Both the position numbers and the translations under genes were made by a program. This document shows, one piece after another, positions 13,201 to 26,879 of a DNA stretch of 64,000 bases (position 1 is its first letter; each line of letters opens with the position of its first letter). The notes beneath the pieces are model-generated. The model had not been told where the DNA came from, made no database searches, and saw nothing but the letters and a program-made list of their open reading frames with translations. Source of the stretch: Camelus dromedarius (taxonomy: Eukaryota); the NCBI RefSeq assembly GCF_036321535.1, contig NC_087437.1, forward strand, positions 103,170,001-103,234,000. The letters are read 5' to 3'.

Positions 13201-16200
13201 TACAGGCTTTGCCTCCCCTGACTCTTTTTCTTTCCCTCTCTTTAAATTGGTCCCAATTTACAGAGTTCTTTCTGTCACGCAGTAACCTTTATGTTCACAC
13301 AATGCTAATAAGGCTCATAATAAAGGTTATTGTGCCAAAACCTTTGGAGTCAAAACTCAAAAACAGACTGACTTCTTGTATTTAAATTTTGTAAAACTGG
13401 CATCAGTAGGTTTACTTCCAGGCGTCTCCCCTATAATTTGGAAAGTCTTCTGTAAGACCTCCCCTATCCGCTTTACCTCTGAGTGGTTTAGCCCAGCGAT
13501 GTAAGAAAAGTTTACCCCCTTTTCTCCTCTCCTCCATAAACCGCTCTGCTGTGAAACTCAGGGAGTAAAGGGAAGAGTCTGAGAACAGGAGAAGAAGGGG
13601 AAACATGGGGAACATCAATTCTGAATTGATCATAATGTAATTAAAGAAGTAGGTTTCCCCTTGGCAGAGGTAGAGGGACATTCAAAGCTCCTCGTAATCC
13701 CTATGGAATGTTGGGGAAAGAATGCTGATAATCCAAGCCAGAAAGAGCTTTTACTGGAATTACTCAGATAATTCAAATAAATAGTGAAGTTGCTTTTGTG
13801 TGAATGTGTGTTGTTGTTTTAATTGTTTAATCCAAGTAGTATCTTCAATTTTCCCTGATTTCATATGCTCTGATACTTAGATAGCTCTACTGTTACCCAT
13901 TTTTTACCTAAAAAGAGAAATAGCATGATCTCTACACTTCTGATGAAATGAAGAGTTTTATTTACAGTTAGAGTTGTGTGCTTTAAATTCGATTGCTTTT
14001 TTGTTTGATTGTATGAAGACAAACAGTTGAATGTAAACATTGCTATTTGCTCTCACCTACACAGCTGAGCTTACAGTCTGCCTCATAAAACGATGGTAGC
14101 AGCTACATCTTCACGGCACAGAGTATGGAAAGGATGTCACATACCAGAGTTGTCTGCAGCGTTACAGGCAACTATGGCCATCTCATATTCTTGTGTAACA
14201 TAATCTCTTTCTCTATTATCTGTGTAAATGTTGATACTCGTAAGTATCACTGACTATTTTTGCCCATAAACTATTTTTCCACTAACCAGAGTCAAAGATG
14301 AATACATTTTAGACTATCCTTTGTTTTGTATTATTTCTCAGCCTCCACATAATATCCCCATTTGCATGGATAATTGATTCATAGTAGCGATTATTTCACA
14401 GATCACGATTTTTTTTCTATACCTTCTTTCAACCTGTTTTTATACTTTTGTTTCTATGATATTTAATAAAATGTCTCTTTTTAAAAGTTGAGAGACCAAC
14501 TCAGCCCTAAGATTTAGTTGAATCGCAGTCGGTGGTGGGTTCAGGCCCGGAGCCACATGGCTCCTTTCATGAGTCTAAAGCATGCATCACTTTAGGGTCT
14601 CGTTAGAGCTCATTACAGTCTGACCATTTCCTACAAGAGTCTCTCATATGTCTACAAGCTACGTCGAGTCATTCTTTATTAGGTTAAAGAAGAGGATAGT
14701 CAGACACAAACTACTCCGTGACGCTATTGATTGTCCAAGGGTGCAAGCATTTTGTTTTAAGCCATGAAGAGTAAACATGGTTTTGTAAAGCATTAATCTC
14801 ACTTTGGCTTTAAATTTGCTATATTTATTAATTGATTCAATGATAAAATATAAATTTTTAACTCTTGAATTCCTTGCTATGCTGACCTAAAGCAGAAACT
14901 TTCTCTCTTAAGGTCAATAGGATTCCAACTTCTTAGCATTTTAGCTGCCTAACTCTTCATTTGATTCCCTCTCCCTTTCCATAATCTTCATGACCAGCTT
15001 CATCTGTGCATGAGCCTTCTCTCCATTTAGCTGTATTTTTTGTCAAGCTGTTGTTATATATTTCACTACTCCAGGTCACCAGCCAGCTGGGTTTGGCTTT
15101 CCTGAAGAAGCTCACTGGTTGTTAGCCTGTTGGAAATAATTGGATTCAAATTTTGGCTTTCCAGTTTATTCTTGCAGCTTCTAATCAGTTGGATTTCCCT
15201 GCCAATCAGTCTTTTCCCAGTTGGCCTCCCTTAACTTTGACACCATGTGTTTTCATCTGAGGCTTTGACAAGGAAATGCATTCTCAAGCACAAGTTCAGT
15301 TTTTATTTACAAGAAACTGAGAAATACAAATGTAAATTTCACTAATTGAAAATTTATCATTTCTAATGATTTTGAAACATCTGTACTGGATTAAATAAGG
15401 TCTGATTGATATCCAAAACATATATTTTTCTGGTAATATTTATCTGATATATATGATAATATTGGGGAAAAGAAGGGAGCACAAGGAAATATCAAAACCA
15501 ATTTATTAAATATGTTCATTTGGTGTAAAATGGAAAATGTTATCTAGTGAATGTATATTATAATGTAATTAATAAATTTCATTAGAATTTTATTGAATGT
15601 GTACCATCTTCAGTCATGGTTCATGTTAATCAATAGTCCTATGAATATGACCCTGATTACTTATGACTTAATCTTTTTATTTTGTGATTGATTATATCCT
15701 TTATTATGAATTGATTATTTGGCTTGAAGTTGTTATGTAAACTGGACATAACTTTCTTTTGATTATTCATCAAAGCATTGTCAATTCCACTGGTTAATTT
15801 TTACTCTGTTTAGCAAAAGCAGTAAGGATAAAGGCAACTATGGAATTTTGTTAGCTCCGTCAAAGGAATTTTTCAAAATGAAAAATTTTGAAATCTGAAA
15901 TTGTATTTAAGATTCTCCAGCAAACTAACAGCGCTGGCATGACCCAGGAGATGTTTCTAATAACTTTTATATCCCTGTATTTTTTCAGATTCTTTCTTCT
16001 CGTTTGTGTCATGTTGAATCCAGACCTGGTACAGTGTATAACTGAGAAGACATTCAGAAAGAAAATACAAGAGATGACAAGCTTCAAGCTAGCATTAAAA
16101 ATAACTTGATTTGATTTGAGATTATTGAATAAATGATCTACTGCTGCAGCAGTCAACTTTGTGACACTTGGACATGACTCAAACACTTTATACTAGAGGC

Positions 16201-16614
16201 CAGAGTTCTAGATACTAAATGGCATATCTCCATTAAATTCTATAGAAATAATACATTTAGAGTAGATAAAATATTTGAGATGCATGCAATAAAGTATTTA
16301 TTTAAATCTATCTTATTTCTTGAATATTAAAAAGATGAAAGAGAATATTTTACTTTCTACTTTGTGAGTGTAAGTATCACAAACGGAACTATTAATTTTC
16401 TTCTTTGAAAGTTACTGCATGTGTGTAGAAAGCTAAAACAGAGGTGAAGAAGAGGATTGTTCACAAATCATTCTCTTCTTATGTGTATTTCTTATTTTTT
16501 CAGATATTTCATGGGAAAATTTACGGTGATATTATTCACACAGCTTTGTAATAGGTTGATTTGTTTTACTCATTAAAATGCATTAATCATAGGCATATTT
16601 TTTTTTTCGTTTAG

Positions 16615-16734
16615 CAATGGTTGTTTTGAGCAACCTGGAACCAAATACAACTTATGAAATCAGGGTTGCAGCTGTAAATGGAAAAGGGCAAGGAGACTAC
16701 AGTAAAATAGAAATTTTCCAAACATTACCAGTTC
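16615..16734 (+). CDS. NCAM2: NCAM2 internal coding exon (C-terminal part of fibronectin type-III domain 1; about exon 13)
   Basis: Acceptor tttttttcgtttag|CA, donor GTTC|gtaagt; 120 nt, phase 1-1. Translates (T)[39 protein letters not shown](R), which I recognise as NCAM2 FN3-1 ([17 protein letters not shown]3 signature). Too short for the ORF track. Confidence 0.97.
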
Positions 16735-16814
16735 GTAAGTAATCCTCTCTATTTTGTACTGTTGCCATTCTCTTTACTTACAAATTTAAATGGGATTTTA
16801 AAATGCAGGCGAGA

Positions 16815-16960
16815 GGGGGAGGGTATAGCTCAAGAGGTAGAGTGCCTGCTTAGCATGCAAGAGATGCAAGAGTTTCTGGGTTCAATCCTAGTACCTCCCC
16901 TAAAAACAAACAAAAATAATTACCTCCCTCCTCCAAAAAGAAAACAAAGAACAAAACTGA
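16815..16960 (+). mobile_element. tRNA-Ala-derived SINE (camelid Vic-1 type)
   Basis: gggggagggtatagctcaagaggtagagtgcctgcttagcatgca…gggttcaatcctagtacctcc, then aattacctccc and an A-rich tail. Degenerate TSD aaatgcaggcgaga / aaatacagggaga. Confidence 0.9.
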
Positions 16961-17351
16961 AATACAGGGAGACATTTCAGCACTTTGAGGGAGTGAACTA
17001 TGTGTCTGTTGAAGTGGTTTCTGAAGATGGTTTTATTAAAAATAACTTTGTTCTGGAGCAAGGGGGAAAGAAAAGTACAGTTTGTACATTAAAATTACTT
17101 TCAGGAGATTATTCCAGTCAGGAAGGTGTCCTACTTATTTATAGTCTGATTAATTAGATTGTAGCACTCAGACTATACTCTGTGAAAGGGTAGAAACGTT
17201 TCTATGTAACATGTAATATTCTGTTCCTTGTCTGAGGCATAACCATTGCCTTTAGCCCGTGAATTCCGTAGGCCCTGAGTGGGAGGAAAAGGCACCACTG
17301 TATGAATCCATTGCAGTGGTGACAGCAGAAGAGTAACTATTGCAACCTCCA

Positions 17352-17378
17352 CATTACTGTCATTACTGTCATTACTGT
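17352..17378 (+). repeat. 9-bp tandem repeat (CATTACTGT)x3
   Basis: Directly visible, perfect. Confidence 0.95.
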
Positions 17379-17996
17379 CCTGTTCTGGGTTATTTTAAGT
17401 CAACTGCATTACATGAAGTTAAGATAAATTAAACAATTTACATTTCCTTCATGTTGAATAACTTGTGAAAAAATGTGAGAAAACTTGAACATGACTCAAT
17501 CAATACTGTTATGAAATCAATGCATAACCCTGCCTATTATATATACTTACAGAAAGCAGTCAAATTGATCGCAATAATTATCCTAACTTCTGACCAATTC
17601 TTTTCTGTTGGTTCTCATAAAATGTCAGATGTGTTCCCTTTTCTCCACTCCCGATGCCAGTGTCTTTTTCATTCCTTCTTTATTTTGTCACCAGGACGAC
17701 TGCAAGTACATCTTGACTCGTAATCCTGCCTCTAGACTAAAATGATTCTAGAATGACTTAGTCTTAATTTAAATGGAAATCTTTCCATTCTCTTCTAACA
17801 GTCAGTCCTCAGCAACACCGCCAGTCACTTTACACCTTCCACCTCCACACATCTTTGCCTGCCGTCCTCACATCTCCTCCCTCAGCTGCCACCATGCTCT
17901 CTGCATCAGTGGGTTGAACTAAAGTTTGGTAATGTTGTTTTCTTCCCCCAAGGTCCTGTGCGTTCTGTCTTGATTCTTCTTCTTTTTATAATCTCC

Positions 17997-18108
17997 AGGA
18001 TAGGTCAGTGGTAAGGTGCATGTCTAGCATGCATGAGGTCTTGGGTTCAATCCCCAGTACCTCCTTTAAATAAACAAACAAACAAACTTAACTACCTACC
18101 CCCCCAAA
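17997..18108 (+). mobile_element. 5'-eroded tRNA-Ala-derived SINE (same family)
   Basis: ataggtcagtggtaaggtgcatgtctagcatgcatgaggtcttgggttcaatccccagtacctcc, then (AAAC)n and aactacctacccccc. Confidence 0.85.
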
Positions 18109-18479
18109 GTATTATAAGTATCTTTGATATAATACCATCTCTATGTGGAGAATGACATCACAGGCAGGTACTTTCATGAAGCTAGAATTTTTTAAAAAGA
18201 TATTAACCCACCTATAGATTGGATGATGCTACAAAATTTCTTTATTCAAATTTGCATCTAGTTAAAAAAATGCTCATTAAATCAGATAACTAATTGCTAA
18301 GCTATTTGCTTTCCTGGTAAGGATATATTCCATACAGTTTGATGGTTTAATATGTTTATATTAATCCATGTTTGCAGAATGTTTACAGAATAAATTTACA
18401 TTAATAAAATAAATGATTGCACATTATTAATACAGGAAATAAAGTTTAACACTTGTGTAATGCAGTGAGTTCTATTCTC

Positions 18480-18605
18480 AGAGGATTTCACATCAATATA
18501 AATAATATATTCGGTCCTGAGTTTTCACAATTTTGGCGTGAGACTTCTAGATTTACGAGTGTTGCTGTTTCTTGGATGGGGAAAAGGAGGCTCAGAGGTT
18601 GGATC
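18480..18605 (-). mobile_element. MIR fragment
   Basis: ggatggggaaaaggaggctcagaggtt, antisense MIR core. Confidence 0.45.
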
Positions 18606-18748
18606 ACAACAAAGAGCAAATGGGAAACGATACATCAAGGATAATATCATAGAATCTGACACATAACAGTGTTGCTTTTATTTAAATGCAGTTTCTCTAC
18701 ACATACGAGGTGTGTGCAAACATCAAGAATGTTATATTGCTTATTTAG

Positions 18749-18870
18749 GTGAACCAAGTCCTCCATCCATACATGGACAGCCAAGCAGTGGGAAGAGCTT
18801 TAAACTCAGTATCACCAAACAGGATGATGGAGGGGCCCCCATTTTGGAATATATTGTGAAATACAGAAGT
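18749..18870 (+). CDS. NCAM2: NCAM2 internal coding exon (start of FN3 domain 2; about exon 14)
   Basis: Acceptor ttatttag|GT, donor AGAAGT|gtaagt; 122 nt, phase 1-0. Encodes (R)[40 protein letters not shown], inside ORF 18712..18921 and in frame with the previous exon. Confidence 0.97.
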
Positions 18871-20050
18871 GTAAGTACCCTGTTTATTATCATTTGGTAC
18901 AGTGTTTTTAAGCTGCAATAAATTTGTGTTGAATCACAGATATATCAGCAGAGAATGCATATTAAGTAAAACAATGATAAAAGGAAATCAGATAATTTTC
19001 TGTTGCTGAAATTCATCATTATAAATTGTAAAATGTTTGCTTGTTTATTTGTTTTTTGTTAAGTCTAAGCATAGATCATCCAAATAATGCCATGGTTTTC
19101 ATCTTGTGATTTCTACACTTAGCAACATTTCAGAAATAAGGTATATTTTCCCCATTTTTCTGACAAGTTTAGCAGAATATTTCACCTTCCATTCTGCTTG
19201 ATTTTAGTAACTTCAAGCTAAGCCCTCTTCTCAATTTTCTTTACTGTAGGTAGGATTAGAAAATCACACCTCAAAAGTAATTATTCATTTTTATAAATTA
19301 TTAACAACTCAAAATATACTTGTTTAATATGGATTTTTAAAAATAAATCATTCTAATCAACATATAGCAAAGAATGGCCACACTGAACTTGAGAAAGAGG
19401 GAATAGATTTCTTCACATTTAATTACCAGTAACTAACACGGGATTTCCAACAGCTCAAAGCTGTCTTGGGATGTGTCATCTGTGTAGGGAATGAAGGATG
19501 TCCTTTGGCTGCAGACTGATGAAGAAAGTCACCTGATTGACTTTGCCTTCAACTAAAAATGATGCCAAAGTCCACTAGAAGGGATTTCTGTTAACAACTT
19601 TACCATAAGTACCATTGAGTATTTGTGTCTAGTGTGGAATATGTTAAATGTGAAACAAAATTTTAAATTTTGTAAAGTGATTTACTAATAATTATGGTTA
19701 TCCCCATTACACTGTGTCAATTTTATTTATTTTTAACTTTTTTCCTTTTTCATATCCCCAAATTCACTTTAATTCATTTAATAAATTCCCTTAAATGTAT
19801 TTCCTTCACAAAAACATGCTACTGTCATTTTTAATTCACATACATCATTTTTGTATTCTAACACCTACTCATTTCTTGCAATTTTTGAAATGCAGCCAAA
19901 TTTAAAACTTTTTCTGGTTTCCAGTTAGCGTGATGACTTTTTGTTTGTTTGTTGTTTTAATTGTGTCTATGTAATGGTGGCCTTACAAAAGAAATTGAGA
20001 AATGTTTCCTGTTTTTCTCAACATTGGGCAAACCTGGGAAATTTAGGTGA

Positions 20051-22380
20051 TTTTTTTTTTTAATTGAAGTATAGTCAGTTTACAATGTGTTAATTTCTGG
20101 GGTACAGCATAGTGATTCAGTTGTATGTATATACACTTACATATTCCTTTTCATTTTCTTTTTCATTATAGGCTGTTATTAGATATTGAATATAGTTTCC
20201 TTTGTTATACAGAAGAAACTTGCTGTTTATCTATTTTATATATAGTAGTTACTATCTGCAAATCCCTAACTCCTAATTTACCCTCCCCCCTTCTCCGCTA
20301 GTAACCACAAGTTTGTTTTCCGTCTGTGAGTCTGTTTCTGTTTTGTAAGTAAATTCATTTGTCTCATTTTTTTAGATTCCAAATATAAGTGATATTGTAT
20401 AGTATTTTTCTTTCTATTTCTGGCTTACTTCACCTAGTATGACAATCTCTAGGTTTGTCCAAGTTGCTGCAAATGGCATTATTTTATTCTTTTTTATGGC
20501 TGAGTAGTATTCCATTGTCTGTATACCACAACTTCCTTATCCAGTCATCTGTCCATAGACATCTAGATTGTTTCCATGTCTTGCCTATTGTAAATAGTGC
20601 TGCTATGAACATTGGTGTGCATGTATCTTTTCAAATTAGAGTTCCCTCCAGATATATGCCCAGGAGTGGGATTGCTGGATCATATGGTAAGTTTATTTTT
20701 AGATTTTTAAGGAATATGCATACTGTTTTCCACAATGGCTGCACCAAACTACATTCCCACCAACCATGTAGGAGGGTTTCCTTTACTCCACACCCTCTCC
20801 AGTACATATTGTTTGTAGACTCTTCAATGATGATCATTCTGACTAGTATGATACCTCACTGTAGTTTTGATTTGCATTACTTTAGTAGTTAGTGATATTG
20901 AACATTTTTCATGTGCCTATTGGCTATTTGTATGTCTTTATTGTAGAAAAGTTTGTTTAGATCTTCTACCCATTTTTGATTGGGTTGTGTATTTTTTTGT
21001 TATTGAGCTATATATATGAGATGTTTGTATATTCTGGAAATTAAGCCCTTGTTAGTTGCATTGTTTGCAGATATTTTCTCCCATTCCATAGATAGTCTTT
21101 TTGTTTTATTTATAGTTTCATTTGCTGTGCAAAAGCTTTTAAGTTTAATTAGGTCCCATTTGTTTATTTTTTGTTTTTATTTCTATTGCTTTGATAGACT
21201 GCCCTAGAAGAATACTGCTAAGATTTACGTCAGAGAATGTTTTGCCTATGTTTTTCTAGGAGGTTTATCATGTCTTATGTTTAAGTCTTTAAGCCATTTT
21301 GAGTTTATCTTTGTACATGGGGTTTACATACAGCTGTCCAGCTTTCCCAATGCCACTTTCTGAAGAGGCTGTCTTTTCTCCATTGTGTATTCTTGTCTCC
21401 TTTGTTGAAGATTAATTGACCATAGGTGTGTGGACTTATTTCTGGGCTCTCTATTCTGATTCATTGATCCGCATGTCTGCTCTTGTGCCAGTATCATGCT
21501 GTTTTGATTGCTGTAGCTCTGTAGTATTGTCTGAAGTCTGGGAGAGTTACTCTTCCAGCTTTATTCTTTTTCTTCAGTATTGTATTGGCAATTCTTTGTC
21601 TTTTGTGATTCCATATAAATTTCAGGATTATTTCTTCTATTTCTGTGAAAAATGTCCTGGATAATTTGATAGGTATCCCATTAAATCTGTAGATTGCTTT
21701 GGGTAGTATGACCATTTACAATATTAATTCTTCCAATCCAAGCACATGGGATCTTTCCATTTCTTTAATTTCCTTAATCAGTGTTTTGTAGTTCTTCGCA
21801 TATAAGTCTTTCACCTCCTTGGCCAGGTTTATTTCTAAGTATTTCATTTTTTTGATGCAATTTTAAACAGGATTTTTTTTTCTTTCTTTTTCTGACCTTT
21901 CACTGTTGGTATAAAGAAACGCAGCAGACTTCTGTATGTGAATCTTGTACCCTGCTACCTTACTGAATGTGTTTATCAGAGCTAGTAGTTTTTTTTTTTT
22001 TGTGGAGTCTTTAAAGTTTCTATATATAGTATCGTATCATCTGTATATAGTGACAATTTTACATCTTCTCTTCCAATTTTGTTCCTTTCTTGTCCAGTTG
22101 CTATGGCTAGGACTTCTAATGTTGAATAGATGTGTTGAGAATATGCCTACTTACTCTAGATTTTAGTGGGAAGGCTCTCAACTTTTCACCACTGAGTATT
22201 ATGTTGGCTATGGGTTTGTCATATATAGCTTTTACTATGTTGAGATATGTTCCCTCTATACCCACTTTAGTTAAAGAGTTTTTAACATGAATGTTGAATT
22301 TTATCAAATGCTTTTTTCTGCAGCTATTGAATTGATCATGTAGTTTTTGTCTTTTCTTTCGTTGATGTGTCACATTGATT
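20051..22380 (-). mobile_element. 5'-truncated, degenerate LINE-1 (ORF2 RT/C-terminal region, 3'UTR, poly-A), antisense to NCAM2
   Basis: Poly-T at 20051. Minus-strand ORFs give L1 ORF2 motifs: [18 protein letters not shown]…[13 protein letters not shown] (20631-20837), [16 protein letters not shown]…KFIWNHKR…[10 protein letters not shown] (21494-21715) and [35 protein letters not shown] (22116-22373). Broken by stops and frameshifts. Confidence 0.95.
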
Positions 22381-24679
22381 GATAATTTATTAAACTTAAG
22401 TTAATTATATCTAGATGTGTACACTCACATTTTTTTAAGTGCCATCAGTTTACTTTTGAAATATTTTCCAACAATGAATAGTTATGGACATAAATAGACC
22501 TATGATTTTTGGTAATTTTCTCTGCTGCTAGGGAAAAAAGTGATTTTTATTTATCTGTGTATTAATAGCATCAAATAAACTGTTGTCTGAATGAATAAAT
22601 GCATCAGTGATTCAGTGAATAAGTTAATCTATGCTGTGCAATTATAAATGATCCTAACTAGACTAATAAATACGAGAATTAATTAATACAAGAAATAACA
22701 TGCACTGTGTTAATTTTGTGAGTTGTGAGAACACAGAAGATGATGAATAGGAAAAATTAGATCATTTTTTTCCCTAAAGTAGTACGTGGGTGATGGAGAC
22801 TAGGAAGTAGGTAAAGTAGTGTCCAGTTTACAAAATTTTACCAAGCTTCAGGACCTGAAACAAAATGATTTGAGTCAGCTATAATAATACCAAAAAAAAA
22901 AAAAAGAAAAGATAATAGAATTTGAAACTCTCCTAAAAACTTCCAAACCTCACATCTTTCTCAATCACAGTGGAATGTGTGTGTGTTTGTGTGTATAAAT
23001 TATCCAGAGTGCTAAATCCCCTCTCTCATATTTAGAGTAGCACATGGAGCTTAAGGTCACATAAGTAATAAATAGCTGAATCAGGCTACCAGGAAGTCCA
23101 GGAGCCAGGAACTGCCTTACATGGAAATATGAAGTCTTAAATCATAACACTCTGGAATCATAAGAACCTTAAAATTAATCAAATTAGTAGGAGCTCACCG
23201 CCTCCATTGTCCTCTCTTTTTATAATTACTCAGTTTTCAAGTAAGATGATACTGACTATACATACCTACCCTGAGACTTTGAAAAGAAAGTTAGTGGATT
23301 TCTCCTTTGAATGAATAAAAACAGTCAAGAAGCCCTCCATAGATAAGAAAAGCAAGACCTTCTCCATCTCTCCTCCACTCTCCCTCCATACAGATGATAG
23401 TAAATATTTCCCTATGGATTGAGATCATGATTTTAGAATAACTTTTAAGATATCCCCTTAATTGTCACATGGCCCTGCTATCTATGTTTTGACAAAAAGG
23501 AATGCTTAATAAAAGCTATATCGAAACAAAATGACCATTTTTTTTCAGTAGCTGCCCTTCAACATTTAATTGGCTTATTAATAATGGCCCTATTCAGCAA
23601 ATCATCTCATTAAGTACCTAAGGGAACATTTAGCAACTAGATTATCTTAAATTGTTCCCTTGGCATTTAAGTTCTGCAAATTAGGCACTCTACAAATGAA
23701 TAGTTGAGATTTTGATGCCTAGGGGAGTATTTGGTAACACCCACTTTAATTTTTTCCTATTTTTTAACTATAGCAATTAAGGGATTAAAAAGCTTCCTGT
23801 CTAATGGTGAATGGGAAATGAAATTGATTTAAATTGAGGAAAATAATAGAACTCCCTTTAGACCCTTATATCACATCAGTCCAACTATCTAATATGGTAG
23901 AGGGGCTTTTAATTTGCCATGCTAAGAACTTTAACAATTAAGAGTTAAGTGATTGTCAATTTAGACAAACTATCTGCACATCTTGGGCTCATCAGGAAGT
24001 TTCACCCCAAATGCTCAATTCCCAGAAATAATATTTTTGGAGGATTAGCTGAAGGACATGAAGTCCTTTTGTCTTTCTGAATAATAAATTGTATCCTGGG
24101 GTAATCTAGTTATCAGCTCTTGTCTTATTTTCTGGCTTTTTCACCCATATCTCTACTCAGAGCCAAAACAAAACTCAGCTCTGAATAGATACTCACTCTC
24201 ACAAAGCACTTGATAGTTAAATAGAACTTTCTGATTTACTGGGTTAGGGGATGGCTACAGAGGCACCTCGCAACTGCTTTGTGTCACTTCGCCCTTATCT
24301 AACCCTTCAGTCCTCTTACTCCTCACCCCACTTCCTGTATGTGTGTGAATATGCAATATACTACATAACAAGTATTTGTATATGTGTATTTTGTTGTCTA
24401 TAAATGCATGTTTGCATATATATGTCATATATCATATCATCTAAAATTATTTTTGAATGGAGATTTTTGTAAGCTTTATATTTTTGGTCAACTCCTATGA
24501 AGTATTTTTTCACATTTGTTTAAAACAATAAACCTACAGTGTTTGTTTTGACATCTTTCCAAGGTTTTCAATCATTGTGCTTATTTCTGGTTCTAAACTT
24601 CTGTGAAGGAATCACACCTTCTTTTCATTAACTAGGTGAGGACAAATGCAAAGAAAAATAGAAATGGAGTTTCTTATTT

Positions 24680-24906
24680 TCAGTGCTGGTGACATTTCTT
24701 CCCCAGAGGAAACCTTCCTAGATTCTGGATATATTTTTCTCCCTGTTACATGCTCCCAAAGCACCTTCTGCTTTTTCAAAGAACTTATGTCTTTCTTCTG
24801 TACTGATTTGTAAACTCCAAAACAAGGCACATTACTTGTTCACCATTGTGTTCATAGTTCTAGAACAACCTACTACCCAATAAAGACTGAATAAATAATT
24901 GATGGA
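24680..24906 (+). mobile_element. L2 3' end remnant
   Basis: aaaccttcct…tgctcccaaagcacc…ttgtaaactcc…cttgttcaccattgtgttcatagttctagaacaa…caataaagactgaataaa. Confidence 0.65.
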
Positions 24907-26698
24907 TACATCCATGACATAAGGGGACATTGGGACAATTGTGTCTGTTAGTACAGCTGTCCTAAGCATTTCAAAGGCAAACCTTGGTTCCTTTCTTAAC
25001 TTTACTAGTCAGTTAGTGACTTAGACAACTTACAAGGATTCTGGTCCGGATTGTCCTGTTTTCCAGTGGCTTTTCCAGTACACTTCATAACACCTTTACT
25101 AATACTGGACACAAATCCAGTCTAATAATTTAGTATACTTATAAGTTTCAAAAAGCAAGGGAAATACTTCTTGTTTATAACTTTCTGTGCTTGTCCAAAA
25201 CCCATGGCTTTCTTAAGCTGTTAATATCTTCAGTTTTAGAAGAAATAATAAAACAGGCCAACTGATATCCTTTGAAATAAAAGTTCTATGTAACCAAAAA
25301 TAATTAAGAAAAGAGAAACACAGTATAGTATCAAAACCATATTGTTGTCTTCTTTTGAAGAACACTTTGTGCTTATAATACATCAATTTAAAGCAGTCAT
25401 GAATTTAACTTCCACACTTTAATTTTAAATAATAAGTCTTCAAATTTCACTATAAATGGAGAAAACATTGTTATTCTTTGTAGTCAGAGAAACATTGTCA
25501 AATACTGGCTCAACATAAAGTATTACTGGGCTGAGTTCTGAGATTAAAAAGATTGATCCATCTATCTATTGATCTGTCTATCTATCATTATGGCCTGGTT
25601 ACAATTTACTTAGAATTACACCTCTGGGAAATTGAGATTTGCAGTTGCAGTGATGGATTATTATTTGATATGTGATTTCAGAGAAAATATCATTTCATTT
25701 CTGTATAGTTATTGTAGAAATAGTTTCTCCTTAGTAATAGCTGTCTTTGCTAAGTGGTTATGATTCTTAATGCCCTGGAATATACAGTGTACTCAATTTT
25801 CCTCACTCATCCCTCATGAAAGCTAATGGAGGCAGCTGCTAGCTGTAGTAGAGACGAGGGACACAAGGCAGAGAGGTTACCATTTAAACATAGGAAAATG
25901 TTTAAATGGTTAACATATGGTGCAGCTGAATGTTCACATTGTTTAGGATAGTTTAATCCATAAAGTTATATCAATTTATTTTTCTATTAATTGCAGTCTT
26001 ACTACTTTTTTTCAAACAAAAGGTAATTTAAAATGTCATGTGGTCTAAAACATTTATTTTAGAAGAAGAATCAGGATTTGAGTGTAGAATGTTCAAGGAT
26101 AAGATAACATTTTAAAATTTCTTAGGCTTATAACCTATTTAACAGGTAATAATTTTTTTCTTCCATGGTGTTTCAGTATGTCTAAAACATAATAATAATA
26201 AAAAGAATAGTGGTAATTTGAATCTATAAAAATAATCCAGATTTTGTTTGCAAGACACTTTACCCTCACCTACCCCAAACCTTAAACAATAGTCTCTGGC
26301 AATTATTTTAATGGATATGTTAGGTTTTCCTATATAATATTTTAATTTTTTCCTGTTCACATGATTATTAATAATCAACAAAGTGGCTAAACAGCAAAGT
26401 GATGTTTGTGAAATAAAAAAAAATCCTGATGGAGAATTATCAATTGCTGACTCATCAAGGATTAATTATGAAATTACCACTCTTTAGCTAATTTAAAAAC
26501 CATTGTAATTTTTATGTGAAAAATCTTAGAAAGGACTTCATCTATATATAACTTCACTTATCCCTGTGGATGAGAAAATATCTTTCTTTGATTTAATAAA
26601 ACCACCTGTTCCATTTCAAGGTAGATGAAATATTTTTTTAAAAGATCACAACTTTAGTGCCTGTGTATTTACAAAATATATTTGTATTTCCTTTATAG

Positions 26699-26879
26699 AA
26701 AGATAAAGAAGACCAGTGGCTAGAGAAAAAAGTTCAGGGAAATAAAGACCACATTATTTTGGAGCATCTACAGTGGACAATGGGGTATGAAGTTCAAATT
26801 ACAGCTGCCAATAGATTGGGATATTCAGAACCAACTGTCTATGAGTTCAGCATGCCACCAAAGCCCAACATTATTAAAG
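26699..26879 (+). CDS. NCAM2: NCAM2 internal coding exon (rest of FN3 domain 2; about exon 15), last exon shared by the TM and GPI isoforms
   Basis: Acceptor tttcctttatag|AAA, donor AAAG|gtaagc; 181 nt, phase 0-1. Encodes [60 protein letters not shown](D). Confidence 0.97.

Noticed and set aside
16762..17157. 131-aa ORF
   Set aside because: Runs through a SINE (…GEGIAQEVECLLSMQE…) and flanking intron; spurious.
18302..18322. Possible 15-nt microexon (taag|ctatttgctttcctg|gtaagg) between the FN3 domains, by analogy with NCAM1 MSD microexons
   Set aside because: No polypyrimidine tract before the AG and no resemblance to NCAM1 microexon peptides.
20455..21664. Plus-strand ORFs 20455..20892, 21016..21207 and 21416..21664
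   Set aside because: Antisense translations of the L1 element.
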